Positions 9,419 to 19,590 are shown, counted from the stretch's first letter. The stretch is 64,000 nt of DNA from an uncultured Candidatus Saccharibacteria bacterium (GCA_964513645.1 CAZENF010000003.1:26425-90424), one strand, 5' to 3'. Translations and numbers: made by a program. Notes: generated by a model not told the origin, from the sequence alone.

Positions 9419-10353
9419 AAGTAGATAATTTTAACTTCAATGACATCTTGTCGTCGTTGAACCATATCCGGGGCGGAATACCGGCCCTGAGATTGTCTTC
9501 CAGGATCAGACTCGGCGAGCATCGGAGCTTATTCTTTGGTCCGAGCTACGATTTTTTCGATATTCAGGAATACGATCCGGAGCGGGATCCTCCCAACCAG
9601 ATCATAAATTCTGTTGTCGGTCCGGATGAAGATATGGTATATGCGCGAAGATGTATCGAACAACATGAAGTCAAGGTCATGATAATGACGGACCTAAGTT
9701 CTTCGGTCGATGCCGGTATTGCCCTCATTAAGCGTCGAATGCTTCTCGAGGCAGTCGGTTTTGTCGGTGTTACCAGTACCCGTTATCAGGACCCGATCGG
9801 TCTGGTGGGTTTTACCGATAAGATCGTTCTGGACATGCCTTCAAGATGCGGCTCCAATAATTTTTATCATCTCCTCAAGAATATATATGATTATCTTGGA
9901 AATCCGCACGATTCCGCGAACAAGAAAGTAAGAAAAACAGATTTTTTCCTGGCCTTGGATTTCATCCGGCGGACACAGAACAAAAGATGTGTTATTCCGG
10001 TGATATCCGATTTTGTCGGATTCGATAAGGCGGCTGATTCTCATTTGTTGAGAGCCATCAGTTCGAAACATGAATTGATCTTCATATTCTTGGATGATCC
10101 TCTCGAGTTCCTCTCGGCCACCGGCTGGGGCTATATCAGGATCAAAGATATCGAAACTGGAACCGAATCGGTGGTTTCCAGAAGAAGACTGGTAAATATT
10201 GAAAAAGAGATAAGAGCTAAACGAAGAGAATTACGTATAAAGCTAAGAAGACTGGGTATTGATTCTGTAGTTCTTGAGTATTCAGATAAGGGCAGGCACT
10301 TCAACCGGCTGAGCAGATTTTTTCTGGCCAGACATAAATATCCTAAACGCTGA
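9415..10353 (+). CDS. DUF58-family protein (MoxR partner, vWA-like)
   Basis: 4-nt overlap with the MoxR gene. Size and position are typical for the DUF58 partner in MoxR/vWA operons. Confidence 0.45.
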   Translation: MKVDNFNFNDILSSLNHIRGGIPALRLSSRIRLGEHRSLFFGPSYDFFDIQEYDPERDPPNQIINSVVGPDEDMVYARRCIEQHEVKVMIMTDLSSSVDAGIALIKRRMLLEAVGFVGVTSTRYQDPIGLVGFTDKIVLDMPSRCGSNNFYHLLKNIYDYLGNPHDSANKKVRKTDFFLALDFIRRTQNKRCVIPVISDFVGFDKAADSHLLRAISSKHELIFIFLDDPLEFLSATGWGYIRIKDIETGTESVVSRRRLVNIEKEIRAKRRELRIKLRRLGIDSVVLEYSDKGRHFNRLSRFFLARHKYPKR

Positions 10354-10354
10354 A

Positions 10355-10381
10355 GGCGCATTGACACATGCGCCTTTTTTC
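10355..10381 (+). terminator. rho-independent terminator
   Basis: ggcgcat-tgacac-atgcgcc hairpin followed by tttttt. Confidence 0.6.
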
Positions 10382-10422
10382 ATTAAATTTTACCCAAGTA
10401 CTTTGATAAACAGGACGGATAA

Positions 10423-11514
10423 GTGAGATATAAAAAGCTCTCTTTGGCCTTGGTTATCCTCCTTGCCACTCCTTCTAATTTTTCAGCCCAGGAATTGTCC
10501 CCGATCATTGTCTACACTGGCAAACCGACTCCCAGTGTTGTCAAAACCGGTGAAGTTTTCAGGGTTAACTACCGTGTTGAATTCTTGAACACAGTCCTCA
10601 TTTACGAGGAACAAATGAAGCCGGACAGTCTGGCACTGGATAAAGTTGAAGCCGTTGGTCTTCAGGTAAATAAAACTTCGCTTCAGGATGACAAACTTGG
10701 TTCAAAAAATGTCTGGGATTTTGTTTACACTTTCAGGATAATCGATCCCGAAAAGGGAGAAAAAAAGATCCCGCCTTTTAATTTTTTGTGGCATGAAAAA
10801 CGTGCCGGCATGACGGATGAACAGGCCCGGGAGAAGGAATCTCCCAAAGAATTTCCAACCGAAGAAGTTATCGTGACTTATGTTTCCTCGATTGTGACTC
10901 CTCCGCCACTGGATATCCGCGACGAGATAAATTTCGAGCCGTTCGGGTTTAGCGGACAAAAACTTCGCCAATTCGGATATTCTACTCTTGGATTATCCGT
11001 GGTCGTCACTTTTATGATAGTTGTCAGTTTTCTAAGGTCTCCTAAAAGCAAGAGCATCAGAAAATTGAAACAGGAAATTGTTTTGGCCGAGGGCGGTGTA
11101 TTTACCGACCCGATCGACTGGAGTCTGACTCCGGAACAGGCCAGGAAAAATTTTCTCGAACAACTTTATCGCTGCCGCGACGTAAACTCTCTACGCTTAA
11201 AGGTCAGAACTCTTCTTTTCATCGAATTGCTTGATATGGGAGTTCCTGTGTCTTCGTCCGATACGCCTCGGGATATTTTGAACAGATTGAGCGCTCTGGA
11301 ACCGTCTCAAAAGAACAGGATGGGAAATAACTTTTTTTGGCTGAAAAATTTAACCGCCAAATTCGACTCCTATAACAAGGACTGGGAATCAAGGACACTC
11401 CTTACCGATCTTGAGAAGGAATCTTCAGAGCTTACCGACCTTGTCAGAAACATAGTCCACAAAAGCCGATTCAGCGCTTTTCTGGAAAGATTCAGGAGAG
11501 TAAAGAATGTTTGA
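10423..11514 (+). CDS. hypothetical secreted/membrane protein of the Bat-like operon
   Basis: Signal peptide and one internal TM helix. No catalytic motif recognised. Confidence 0.4.
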   Translation: MRYKKLSLALVILLATPSNFSAQELSPIIVYTGKPTPSVVKTGEVFRVNYRVEFLNTVLIYEEQMKPDSLALDKVEAVGLQVNKTSLQDDKLGSKNVWDFVYTFRIIDPEKGEKKIPPFNFLWHEKRAGMTDEQAREKESPKEFPTEEVIVTYVSSIVTPPPLDIRDEINFEPFGFSGQKLRQFGYSTLGLSVVVTFMIVVSFLRSPKSKSIRKLKQEIVLAEGGVFTDPIDWSLTPEQARKNFLEQLYRCRDVNSLRLKVRTLLFIELLDMGVPVSSSDTPRDILNRLSALEPSQKNRMGNNFFWLKNLTAKFDSYNKDWESRTLLTDLEKESSELTDLVRNIVHKSRFSAFLERFRRVKNV

Positions 11515-12655
11515 TCTCAACTCTTTAGCGAAATTGATAAAAACCGGTTGGGATAATTTTATCAGTACTGACATCAATCTGGTTAACTTTGGTTCAACCG
11601 GCCTCGCCCTTGGGGCAGGCCTTTTTATTTTGACGGTTTTGCTTCTGAAGCTTCTCGCGGGAAAAAACAAATTTACCCGCCTTGGTTCAGGGTACTCCAT
11701 CCCTAAATCCGGACAGCAAAGCTGGTTGGTAAAAATATTGTTTTTGGTGCCAAAATCTGTTTTTTCTTTGGCCGGCATGTTCATTCTGTTCAGCATTGCC
11801 GATCCTTATTTGCCCAGAACAAAGACAGAAACAACGAATGATTCACGGCAAAGGATAGACATGTTCGATGTCTCGATCTCTAAGGGCTGGGAATACGAAA
11901 GAACCGGTAAGTGTGCAGGCCAGATCGGCCGAGAATATTTCCTCGACTTTTTGAAAAGAAGAGAAGGTCAGAACGACAGCAAATCCCTCTGGCTTTTCGC
12001 TTCAGAGCCTTATAAGGTCACGGAGTTTATGACAGATGACGAGCTCTACTTAATGGAAGCTGAAGATGCGCCTTATATTAAAACCGATCCGGTCAGCGCT
12101 TTTCTTCCGGAAAACCATGAGAAAGGAGCACTGCTCGATATCATTGCTCCCAGAGATAGGATCGAGTTCAGAGAAAACGAAGGTGGAACTGATATGGCAA
12201 AAGCCATTGATGCCGCCCTGGCCTATTATCAGACTTCGGGTAATAAAACTTTAAGGTCAAAAGCACTGCTGATCGAAACTGATGCAGCCGCGGATGCTTA
12301 CCCGGAAAAACAGCTTCAGGAGCTCAAGAAAGGGAATATCAAGGTCTACTTCTTGTACATGAAGCCGAATAAAATTGGTGAGAACCAAGGTAATCGCGGA
12401 CGGAAGCTTTTGAATGCTGAAAAATTGCGGGACCAGGTTCAGCAATATGGCGGAAAATTTTACGATATCAAGGACAGAAAAAGTCTGGAAAACGCATACC
12501 GAGACATAGATCGTCTGGAAAAAACTTCCGGCACGACCGTGACCAGGGTGTTCAAGATATTTATTTATCAAAGGCCTCTTTTCATCGCGGTATTGCTGAT
12601 GATGCTGGCCATGGCCATGGGAATCTCTCTGTTAATATTTGAAGAAATTCCCTGA
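11507..12655 (+). CDS. vWA domain membrane protein (BatA-like)
   Basis: N-terminal TM helices, a vWA-like central region, a C-terminal TM helix, and 8-nt overlap with the upstream gene. Confidence 0.5.
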   Translation: MFDLNSLAKLIKTGWDNFISTDINLVNFGSTGLALGAGLFILTVLLLKLLAGKNKFTRLGSGYSIPKSGQQSWLVKILFLVPKSVFSLAGMFILFSIADPYLPRTKTETTNDSRQRIDMFDVSISKGWEYERTGKCAGQIGREYFLDFLKRREGQNDSKSLWLFASEPYKVTEFMTDDELYLMEAEDAPYIKTDPVSAFLPENHEKGALLDIIAPRDRIEFRENEGGTDMAKAIDAALAYYQTSGNKTLRSKALLIETDAAADAYPEKQLQELKKGNIKVYFLYMKPNKIGENQGNRGRKLLNAEKLRDQVQQYGGKFYDIKDRKSLENAYRDIDRLEKTSGTTVTRVFKIFIYQRPLFIAVLLMMLAMAMGISLLIFEEIP

Positions 12656-12672
12656 TAGAAATTCAAAACAAA

Positions 12673-12700
12673 AGCCTGTCGGAACAGGCTTTTTTGTTTT
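12673..12700 (+). terminator. rho-independent terminator
   Basis: agcctgt-cgga-acaggct hairpin followed by tttttgtttt. Confidence 0.6.
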
Positions 12701-12772
12701 ATAACGGGATTGACTACTTTTCAAGTTAATTCTATAGTCCAGAGCAGAACATTTAAATGAAAGGAGAGAATA

Positions 12773-13486
12773 ATGAGAAGAACCAAGTTATCTTGGGCCT
12801 TCTTTTTTGCCAAACTCTTCCTTACTTCGGTAACAGCTCTGGTGGTGTCTGTTATTTTTTTTAGAACCGCTGATTTCAGCAATCATGTCGAAAAATTCAG
12901 GTTTTATGTCCGGACCGGCGATACGGTTATGGAAAAACATGAACTGATCTGGTTCCATAATTTTTACGAATTTGCCAAAAGCTGGCACATGCAATCCTGG
13001 GTTGACCGCAATCTTTTTAAGGATAATTTATTTTATGAAACAGCCGATCTTTACCTGATCGGTGACTGGAAACAGGTTGTCAGTGAATTGAAAGATGAGG
13101 AGGACGATCTTCGGAGCTACCCTTACGGGAATGCCAAATTCCGGCAGGCTAAAGCGCAGTATTCGGAAGGTAAAAAGAAAGAAGCCTTGGACTTTGTTCT
13201 GACTGAAGTGGCCGCTGATTTCGAGAAAGCCTTGAGAAATTGTCTCGATGCCCGGCTTCCTTACGATTCCTGTTTTGATCGTGTCTGGAATTATGACCTT
13301 GCCACGAACAAACAAAATGCCGAAGAAGCTCTAAAATCTCCAAGGTCCCAGCCAAAATTTATCCTCGGACCTTTTAAAGGCAAAGAGCCGGCTCAGAAAG
13401 TTCCTGCCGATGGTCAGAAAAAATCCGGCACCGGTGTTGAAGGCGAAGAAGGAGCGGGTCCGCCAAGCCCCGGCAAAAGGCCATGA
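12773..13486 (+). CDS. hypothetical membrane protein (Bat-like operon)
   Basis: N-terminal TM helix and a Pro/Gly/Lys-rich tail. 4-nt overlap with the downstream vWA gene. Confidence 0.4.
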   Translation: MRRTKLSWAFFFAKLFLTSVTALVVSVIFFRTADFSNHVEKFRFYVRTGDTVMEKHELIWFHNFYEFAKSWHMQSWVDRNLFKDNLFYETADLYLIGDWKQVVSELKDEEDDLRSYPYGNAKFRQAKAQYSEGKKKEALDFVLTEVAADFEKALRNCLDARLPYDSCFDRVWNYDLATNKQNAEEALKSPRSQPKFILGPFKGKEPAQKVPADGQKKSGTGVEGEEGAGPPSPGKRP

Positions 13487-14679
13487 TCGAATATTTCAGA
13501 CAGAATGTTTATTTTACTGACCCCGTATTTCTAAAGCTTCTTATTCCGCTTTTGATTCTGACAGTTTTTTGGGCGGCAATTTCCGTTTTCAGGAGATTTT
13601 CGAGACCGGCTTTAACCCATGGTTCGCGTTATCCTTTTGTCGGACGGGCAAGTTTGTGGGGATTTTTCATCTTAGCCACATTTCTATCCGTCCTCGCTTT
13701 AGCTAAGCCGGTTTGGAACCAAAAGTTACCCGAATTAAGCAAGGGCGATATCGAAGTGATCATCGTCCTTGACCGTTCTTTGTCCATGAGAGCTGATGAT
13801 CTTGGCAAGCAGCGTTTGGAGATAGCAAAACGGGAAGCGTATAACATTGAATCAATGTTGACCCAAGGTGATAAAGCCGCTTTGTTCGTGTTCGGCAGCG
13901 ATACTCACCGTAAAATTTATCTGACCCCGAAATTTGAAAATGTTTTTCAAATGATGAATGGAGTCTATTTCCCTGACAGTCTGGAAGGGGAAAGCATGGT
14001 CTGGGATTCAGATTTTGTTTCAATGCTCGAAAAGATATTTACTTCTCTTGACCGCCAGGATTCCTATAATGAGAGAAAAGGAATTTTGTCTGGCCAAAGT
14101 AAAACCGCCCCGTATGTTCCTCAAAGAAGAGCGAACCGTATTGTCATCCTTTTTACGGACGGCGAGGATCAAGTTAAAACAAGTGCTGTCAATGATAAGA
14201 ACAATAGCAAATACGATTACAATAAACGATTGAACTCCGCTTTGGTCGAGTTCAGGAGACGTGGTCTAAAGATATATCCGGTTGGGGTTGGAACTGTCAA
14301 AGGTTCAACCTGGTTGTCTCTTCTTAACGGATATAAGAAGGGCAAAGATTTTCCTGAAAATCTTCCAAGTCAGTGGAAAGGTCAAACAACCAAGTTGGAT
14401 AAGCCGAGTCTGATGTTCTTGGCTCATTCAACCGGCGTTGAGATGAATGGTTATGTCTGGACCGTCGAGAACAGCGTTACCACGGTTAAGGAATACCTGA
14501 AAATAGCCGTCCGGTCCAACCGCAGAGAAAATATCGAGTTCGGCTTTTCGAATTCGGATCAAAAGCTCTGGCAACAGCTTCTTCTGGTTGCGGTATGTTC
14601 TTTGGCATTTGGAATATTTTTTCATCCTTTCTCAGGATTCTTGTCCCGCAGATCCCTCAAACTTAACAGAGAAAACTAA
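13483..14679 (+). CDS. vWA domain protein (BatB-like), membrane-anchored
   Basis: MIDAS motif in VIIVLDRSLSMRADD (DxSxS) with two flanking TM segments. Confidence 0.6.
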   Translation: MIEYFRQNVYFTDPVFLKLLIPLLILTVFWAAISVFRRFSRPALTHGSRYPFVGRASLWGFFILATFLSVLALAKPVWNQKLPELSKGDIEVIIVLDRSLSMRADDLGKQRLEIAKREAYNIESMLTQGDKAALFVFGSDTHRKIYLTPKFENVFQMMNGVYFPDSLEGESMVWDSDFVSMLEKIFTSLDRQDSYNERKGILSGQSKTAPYVPQRRANRIVILFTDGEDQVKTSAVNDKNNSKYDYNKRLNSALVEFRRRGLKIYPVGVGTVKGSTWLSLLNGYKKGKDFPENLPSQWKGQTTKLDKPSLMFLAHSTGVEMNGYVWTVENSVTTVKEYLKIAVRSNRRENIEFGFSNSDQKLWQQLLLVAVCSLAFGIFFHPFSGFLSRRSLKLNREN

Positions 14680-14706
14680 CCCCGCTTTTAAAAGCGGGGT
14701 TGACTT
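14680..14706 (+). terminator. rho-independent terminator
   Basis: ccccgctttt-aa-aagcgggg hairpin followed by ttgacttt. Confidence 0.55.
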
Positions 14707-14759
14707 TATTATTGTAACAAATTATTATACCGATAGTTGCTCTTTTAACAGGTTCTCAA

Positions 14760-15134
14760 GTGAAAAATTTGATCATCCTTTCAAGTTTTTTTGCCGTCAG
14801 TTTGGGATTGTTCACTTTAAAGCACAACCTTAAGAGTGATCCGGTTCTCATCCCTTCTTCACCCATTGTTTCGGCTCAGGTTTCGTACCTTAGGCCTGAA
14901 ATAAGTACATCCACTACTTTTGAAGCCGGACAGGCGCCGGCCGATACGAAAGAATGTGAAAGGCCGAGTAAAGACAATCCCGACGTCGGGGCTCACGACA
15001 AAAATCGTGTCGGCTGTACTTGCCAGAGAAAGTGCGCAAACGGCCAGCCGATCGAAAATTATGAAGCCGGCAAATCATGCAAGAGCCATTGCCATCCCGA
15101 CAAGTGTCATTGTCCCGACCCCTGTAAAACATAA
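14760..15134 (+). CDS. small secreted Cys-rich protein
   Basis: Signal/TM N-terminus. C-terminal CTCQRKC..CKSHCHPDKCHCPDPC cysteine/histidine cluster. Confidence 0.4.
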   Translation: MKNLIILSSFFAVSLGLFTLKHNLKSDPVLIPSSPIVSAQVSYLRPEISTSTTFEAGQAPADTKECERPSKDNPDVGAHDKNRVGCTCQRKCANGQPIENYEAGKSCKSHCHPDKCHCPDPCKT

Positions 15135-15141
15135 CTGTTCA

Positions 15142-15192
15142 ATGTCCGCCTAAGCGGACATTTTATTAATAAAAAAGCCCCGAAGGGCTTTT
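15142..15192. terminator. bidirectional terminator pair between convergent genes
   Basis: atgtccgc-ctaa-gcggacat + ttttatt, then aaaaaagcccc-gaa-gggctttt. Confidence 0.6.
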
Positions 15193-16699
15193 AATCGTAT
15201 AAACCGAAAGTGAACACATCTGAACCGGCAACTAATGATATGTATTGCCGTCCGTCTACCAAGTAAGTGACCGGCGATGAAAATATCGGCCGGCCGAGGT
15301 TGAATTTCCACAACTCCTGCCCGGTCACTGAATTCAGGGCGACCATATAGCCCATTCCGTTTCCGGTCAGAACAATATTGCCGTCAGTGCTTAGAACACC
15401 GGCCGCCATTATTGTAGAACCTGAAACGGGATAGTCCCAGACCGTATATATTTTTTGAGCCGATACGTACAGAGCTTTCAGGTGAAAATCATTCGGAGTA
15501 TTTACGCAGCCCTCGAGGGCCATTACATAAAAAATTCCGGAAGTCGGATCAAATGAAGGAGCCATCCAGTTGGTTGCTCCCCAGATGGGAGGACAGGTTG
15601 TGCCGTCGGCGGTCCATTTTATCTTCCGGACAAAGGATTTTGATAACACAAGTTTTTGGTTTGTTCGTTCAAAGAGATAAAATATTCCGTTGCGGTTGGC
15701 CTGCATCGTGGCGTTAATTTTGTCCGGACCTGAACCTAAGTCTGCCAGAACAAGCGGCTGGTTCGCATCCCAGTCATAGGGCATCTTAGTGTTAAATTTG
15801 AACTCATTTTTTAGTGTTCCGTTTCCGGGATTAAGGGCGACGATACTGTTGTCGTGTGAATTTTTTTCCTGGACGGATATATTTTGTCCTTCAGCCAAAA
15901 GGCCGACCGGCCAGTAGAGTAAATTTTTCATTGGGTCATAACTCCCGGTCATCCAGGTCGGAGCACCTCTAAACTGTGTTTTTTCGGGCAGTGTCCAGAA
16001 TCTCCAGAGCTCATCGCCGTTTATAGTTGAAAAAGCGCTGACAAATCCTCTCGAACCTTTATTATCATTTGAAACACCGGTAATTACAGAGCTGTTAATA
16101 ACGAGAGGGGCGGAAGTGGAATAATAACCCAATGTGGTGTCAGCATATTTTTTCTGCCATTTTAAGTTGCCGGTTTTTCTGTCGAGAGCAACGAGTTGGC
16201 AGTCACTGGTTGAGAAAAAAACAGTGTTTCCATAAAGAGCGGCGCCGCGGTTGATACCGGGACTTCTTTTTTCGTAAGCCTGCCAGCGCCAAAGCCAGTT
16301 ACCGGTCTTTGCGTCCAGGGCATGAACTTCATTTGCAGCAGTTACGTACATGATACCTTTATAGACAATAGGTGAGGACCTTAAATTTGTGTCAGCGGGA
16401 GTTATCTTATAGCTCCATTTGGGTATAAGCTTTTTTATGTTTTGTTCATTGATCTGTTTAAGAACACTGTGATGTCGAGCTTCATAATCACCGTGATATA
16501 AAAGCCAGTCGCCGTTCCCCGGACTTTCCAACAGATCCTTGGTTGTAATTTCGGAGGATGTTATTTTGACGTTTTGAGTGAACCAGTTTTTGGTGCTCTT
16601 AACGTCGGGCGGGTCATTGTTCAACGCCGCTCCTTTGTCGAACATTAAAAAAATAATCAGCAAAATTGAACCGAAGATGCGCATAGAATGCCTTTTCAA
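15191..16699 (-). CDS. PQQ-like beta-propeller repeat protein (BamB/YfgL-like fold), secreted
   Basis: Signal peptide. Repeated hydrophobic-W/Y..G propeller blades (HALDAKTGNWLWRW, LVALDRKTGNLKWQ, MVALNSVTGQELWKF). Confidence 0.6.
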   Translation of the reverse strand: MKRHSMRIFGSILLIIFLMFDKGAALNNDPPDVKSTKNWFTQNVKITSSEITTKDLLESPGNGDWLLYHGDYEARHHSVLKQINEQNIKKLIPKWSYKITPADTNLRSSPIVYKGIMYVTAANEVHALDAKTGNWLWRWQAYEKRSPGINRGAALYGNTVFFSTSDCQLVALDRKTGNLKWQKKYADTTLGYYSTSAPLVINSSVITGVSNDNKGSRGFVSAFSTINGDELWRFWTLPEKTQFRGAPTWMTGSYDPMKNLLYWPVGLLAEGQNISVQEKNSHDNSIVALNPGNGTLKNEFKFNTKMPYDWDANQPLVLADLGSGPDKINATMQANRNGIFYLFERTNQKLVLSKSFVRKIKWTADGTTCPPIWGATNWMAPSFDPTSGIFYVMALEGCVNTPNDFHLKALYVSAQKIYTVWDYPVSGSTIMAAGVLSTDGNIVLTGNGMGYMVALNSVTGQELWKFNLGRPIFSSPVTYLVDGRQYISLVAGSDVFTFGLYD

Positions 16700-16777
16700 T
16701 GAACGTGGCCTGAAAATAATACAAAATTACCAATTTGTCAAATTTCTTTTCCGGCCCAATAGCTCTATATTGTTTTT

Positions 16778-17764
16778 ATGACGTATCTTCGAAACTCGAT
16801 CTTAGCGACCATTGTCTATTATGATGTTTTTGAGCACCCCTTAACTCTGGTTGAGGTGCATAAGTTTCTAATAAATCCGGCCAGAATATCTAAAGTTGAA
16901 GGTCTCGGAGATATTAGTCTTGTCAGTATTGCCCGAGAGCTTGAATATCTGTCGGATTCAAATGTGATAGGCCGCAGGAACGGTTTTTATTTTTTAAAAG
17001 GTAGAGACCGGCTGTATGAATTGAGAATGGAGAGGGACCTCATTGCGGCTATGAAGTGGAAGAAGCTTGTCCGTCTGGTTCGGTTTTTGGCGCTTGCTCC
17101 CTATTTGAGAGGGGTTTTTGTTTCCGGTTCCATGGGTGTCGGTAACACTGACCCCAAAAGCGATTTCGATCTTCTTATCATCGCGAAGGCCGGCAGACTT
17201 TATACCTGCCGACTGTTTTTGTGGCTGATAAGTTCTATTTTGGGCGTAAGAAGAAAAAAAACAGAAAAATCCGCTCCGGATAAATTATGCTTTAATCATT
17301 ATATAACTGACACCAATCTGACCCTCGCTCACGAAAGTATTTTTAATGCCCAGACCTATATAAACTTAAAGCCGGTAATGGTGCCTCTTGAAACAATCGA
17401 TAAATTTTATGCCTCGAATCTATGGCTGAACAACTACATATATAATTTTAATCCTCAAAAAGAATTTATAGATAAAACGGTCCGGAATAATTTATTTTTC
17501 AGATCTCTGTCACGCGGATGCGAGAAGTTGTTGGATGTGTCTTTTGGAAGTTTTGCGGAAAAAAATTTCCGTGAACTTCAGAAAAAAAAGATAGTTTCCG
17601 ACCCGGTCACGTATCGTCCCGGCGGCAGAATAGTTTTTAATGACCAAGAGTTGGAGTTCCACCCGGCGTCCTTTGAAAGAATTGTTTTAGAGGAATATAA
17701 AAAAGGTCTCAGAAAAATGGGTATTGTTTCTTTTATAGATGAAAAAGACTCCGGACTTTCTTGA
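16778..17764 (+). CDS. nucleotidyltransferase-fold (Pol beta superfamily) protein
   Basis: GSMGVGNTDPKSDFDLLII matches the GS..x(n)..DxD minimal nucleotidyltransferase motif. Confidence 0.4.
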   Translation: MTYLRNSILATIVYYDVFEHPLTLVEVHKFLINPARISKVEGLGDISLVSIARELEYLSDSNVIGRRNGFYFLKGRDRLYELRMERDLIAAMKWKKLVRLVRFLALAPYLRGVFVSGSMGVGNTDPKSDFDLLIIAKAGRLYTCRLFLWLISSILGVRRKKTEKSAPDKLCFNHYITDTNLTLAHESIFNAQTYINLKPVMVPLETIDKFYASNLWLNNYIYNFNPQKEFIDKTVRNNLFFRSLSRGCEKLLDVSFGSFAEKNFRELQKKKIVSDPVTYRPGGRIVFNDQELEFHPASFERIVLEEYKKGLRKMGIVSFIDEKDSGLS

Positions 17765-17785
17765 TATTGCCAATTCTCCTCCAAA

Positions 17786-19123
17786 TTGTATGATTCCTGG
17801 ATAAGGACCTTTACAAACGGAGAAGCACAGGTGAGAACCAAGAAGCTCCATGTTTTGTTATTTGTCTTTGTTTTGACTCTCTTCTGTCAGTTGTCATTGG
17901 CTCAAGAAAAAGTCATAACCTCTATCGAAAAGGTAGAGCATCAGCTTACTCTCGAGGAAAAAAAGGAACTTGATCTTAGAAAAATCGACCTAATGATGAA
18001 AGTAATGAAGATGAATGACTTAGACGATGTCAGACGTTTGCATGACTTTATGTCTCTTTCGGAAATGCTCGGAGAGATGTATGTTGATCCGAAATCTTCG
18101 TCGGATCTCTATAAATTAGGGATGATCGGCATGGTCGGCGGTCTCGACCCTTACAGTAATTTATTTTTTGATGATGACGCTCGGTCTGTTTCAAGAAGTC
18201 TTACCGGGGAACCTGAATTTTACGGTATCGGCATCCAGATCATCAGTTATGGAAAGAATATTTTTGTTACGGATGTTACTGAAAATTCTCCGGCTGAAAA
18301 AGCGGGATTGAAACAGGGCGATGTAATCCTTAAAGTAAACAACAAAGATACATTTGGAATGAGTGTCCAAGGAATCTCTGATTTGGTTAAAGGTAACGAA
18401 GGTACACTCGTTTCTCTCGAGATACGAAGTCTGCGCCGTCAAAAACCGGTTACAATCAATATTGTCAGGGCTAAGATAACGAGCGCCAGTGTTGCCTACA
18501 AAGACCTCAAAGACGATATGGCCTATATTAAGGTCAGCGCCTTTGTTACCGAAACTCCGGCACGGTTTTTGGAAGCTTTGAACAGGGCTTCTGACAAAAG
18601 GGGAGTTGTTATTGACCTTCGGAATAACGGCGGCGGAATGGTGGTCTCAGCTCTTAAGATGATCGGTTATATGATCGGACCGGCCAAAACGGCAATGATC
18701 TTGAAGACGCGGACTGACACACCTGCTTATCCGACCCCGAACGACGACAATACCCCGGTCAAACTTAGGGGTAAGGTCGCTGTCCTGATAAATAACGGCT
18801 CTGCTTCAGCTTCAGAGATACTCGCCGGCGATTTGAAATATTACCGTGCTGCAACTTTGGTCGGAGTGAGGACTTTTGGCAAAGCCACCGCCCAGGACTA
18901 TCTGGCTCTCGACCACAACAATCCCCATGACTTCAAGGACTCCACCTTACTTATCGGATATACGATGGGGAGATTCGAACTACCCGACGGTTCCAACATT
19001 ACCGGTAAAGGTGTTGCGCCGGATGTCGAAGTTGAACAGCCCGATGATTTTAAATTCTACGAATACAGAACCAAGCGTGACCTTCAGTTCATGAAGGCGC
19101 TCGAAATTCTGAAGCACAGATAA
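17786..19123 (+). CDS. ctp: S41 family C-terminal processing peptidase
   Basis: Signal peptide. PDZ domain (GIGIQI..TENSPAEKAGLKQGDVILKVNN). S41 catalytic region (VVIDLRNNGGGMV; VLINNGSASASEILAG). Confidence 0.8.
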   Translation: MYDSWIRTFTNGEAQVRTKKLHVLLFVFVLTLFCQLSLAQEKVITSIEKVEHQLTLEEKKELDLRKIDLMMKVMKMNDLDDVRRLHDFMSLSEMLGEMYVDPKSSSDLYKLGMIGMVGGLDPYSNLFFDDDARSVSRSLTGEPEFYGIGIQIISYGKNIFVTDVTENSPAEKAGLKQGDVILKVNNKDTFGMSVQGISDLVKGNEGTLVSLEIRSLRRQKPVTINIVRAKITSASVAYKDLKDDMAYIKVSAFVTETPARFLEALNRASDKRGVVIDLRNNGGGMVVSALKMIGYMIGPAKTAMILKTRTDTPAYPTPNDDNTPVKLRGKVAVLINNGSASASEILAGDLKYYRAATLVGVRTFGKATAQDYLALDHNNPHDFKDSTLLIGYTMGRFELPDGSNITGKGVAPDVEVEQPDDFKFYEYRTKRDLQFMKALEILKHR

Positions 19124-19148
19124 TCCCGTTTTTACGGGATTTTTATTT
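19123..19148 (+). terminator. rho-independent terminator
   Basis: atcccgt-tttt-acgggat followed by ttttattt. Confidence 0.6.
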
Positions 19149-19161
19149 GGTCCAAAACCTA

Positions 19162-19215
19162 TTGACATTAATTTCGCAGCGGCTATAATTAGCACTTAGA
19201 CATTGGGACTGCTAA
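19162..19215 (+). promoter_or_regulatory. sigma70-type promoter (TTGACA-16-TATAAT) overlapping a CIRCE-like HrcA operator upstream of groES
   Basis: ttgaca at 19162-19167 and tataat at 19184-19189. TTAGCACTT-N9-GACTGCTAA at 19189-19215 matches the CIRCE consensus TTAGCACTC-N9-GAGTGCTAA with one mismatch per arm. Confidence 0.6.
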
Positions 19216-19288
19216 TTTGGGCTTGTAGATTCGGTTTTTAGGTTCAGGTCTTAACTGAACATAAAAACAAAACCTAAAGCGTGGAATT

Positions 19289-19573
19289 ATGATCAAACCA
19301 TTATCTGACCACATACTCCTTGAACCCTTAAAGGAAGAAAGAAAAAAGGGCGGCATTATCTTGCCGGACACAGTAGATAAGGAAAGGTCCGAAAAAGGTA
19401 AAGTTGTTGCGGTTGGTCCCGGCAAAATGAACAAAGAAGGCAAAAGGATTCCGATGGAGGTCAAAAAAGGCCAGACAGTATTATTTAAAAAATACAGCCC
19501 CGACGATATCAAAGTCGACGGCAAAGAATATTTAATTATCCGCGAGGAGGATGTCCTGGCGGTCTTGGACTAA
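19289..19573 (+). CDS. groES: co-chaperonin GroES
   Basis: 94 aa. [11 protein letters not shown]...GGIILPDT...GKVVAVGPG pattern. Confidence 0.9.
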   Translation: MIKPLSDHILLEPLKEERKKGGIILPDTVDKERSEKGKVVAVGPGKMNKEGKRIPMEVKKGQTVLFKKYSPDDIKVDGKEYLIIREEDVLAVLD

Positions 19574-19590
19574 ATTAACTTAAAATAATT

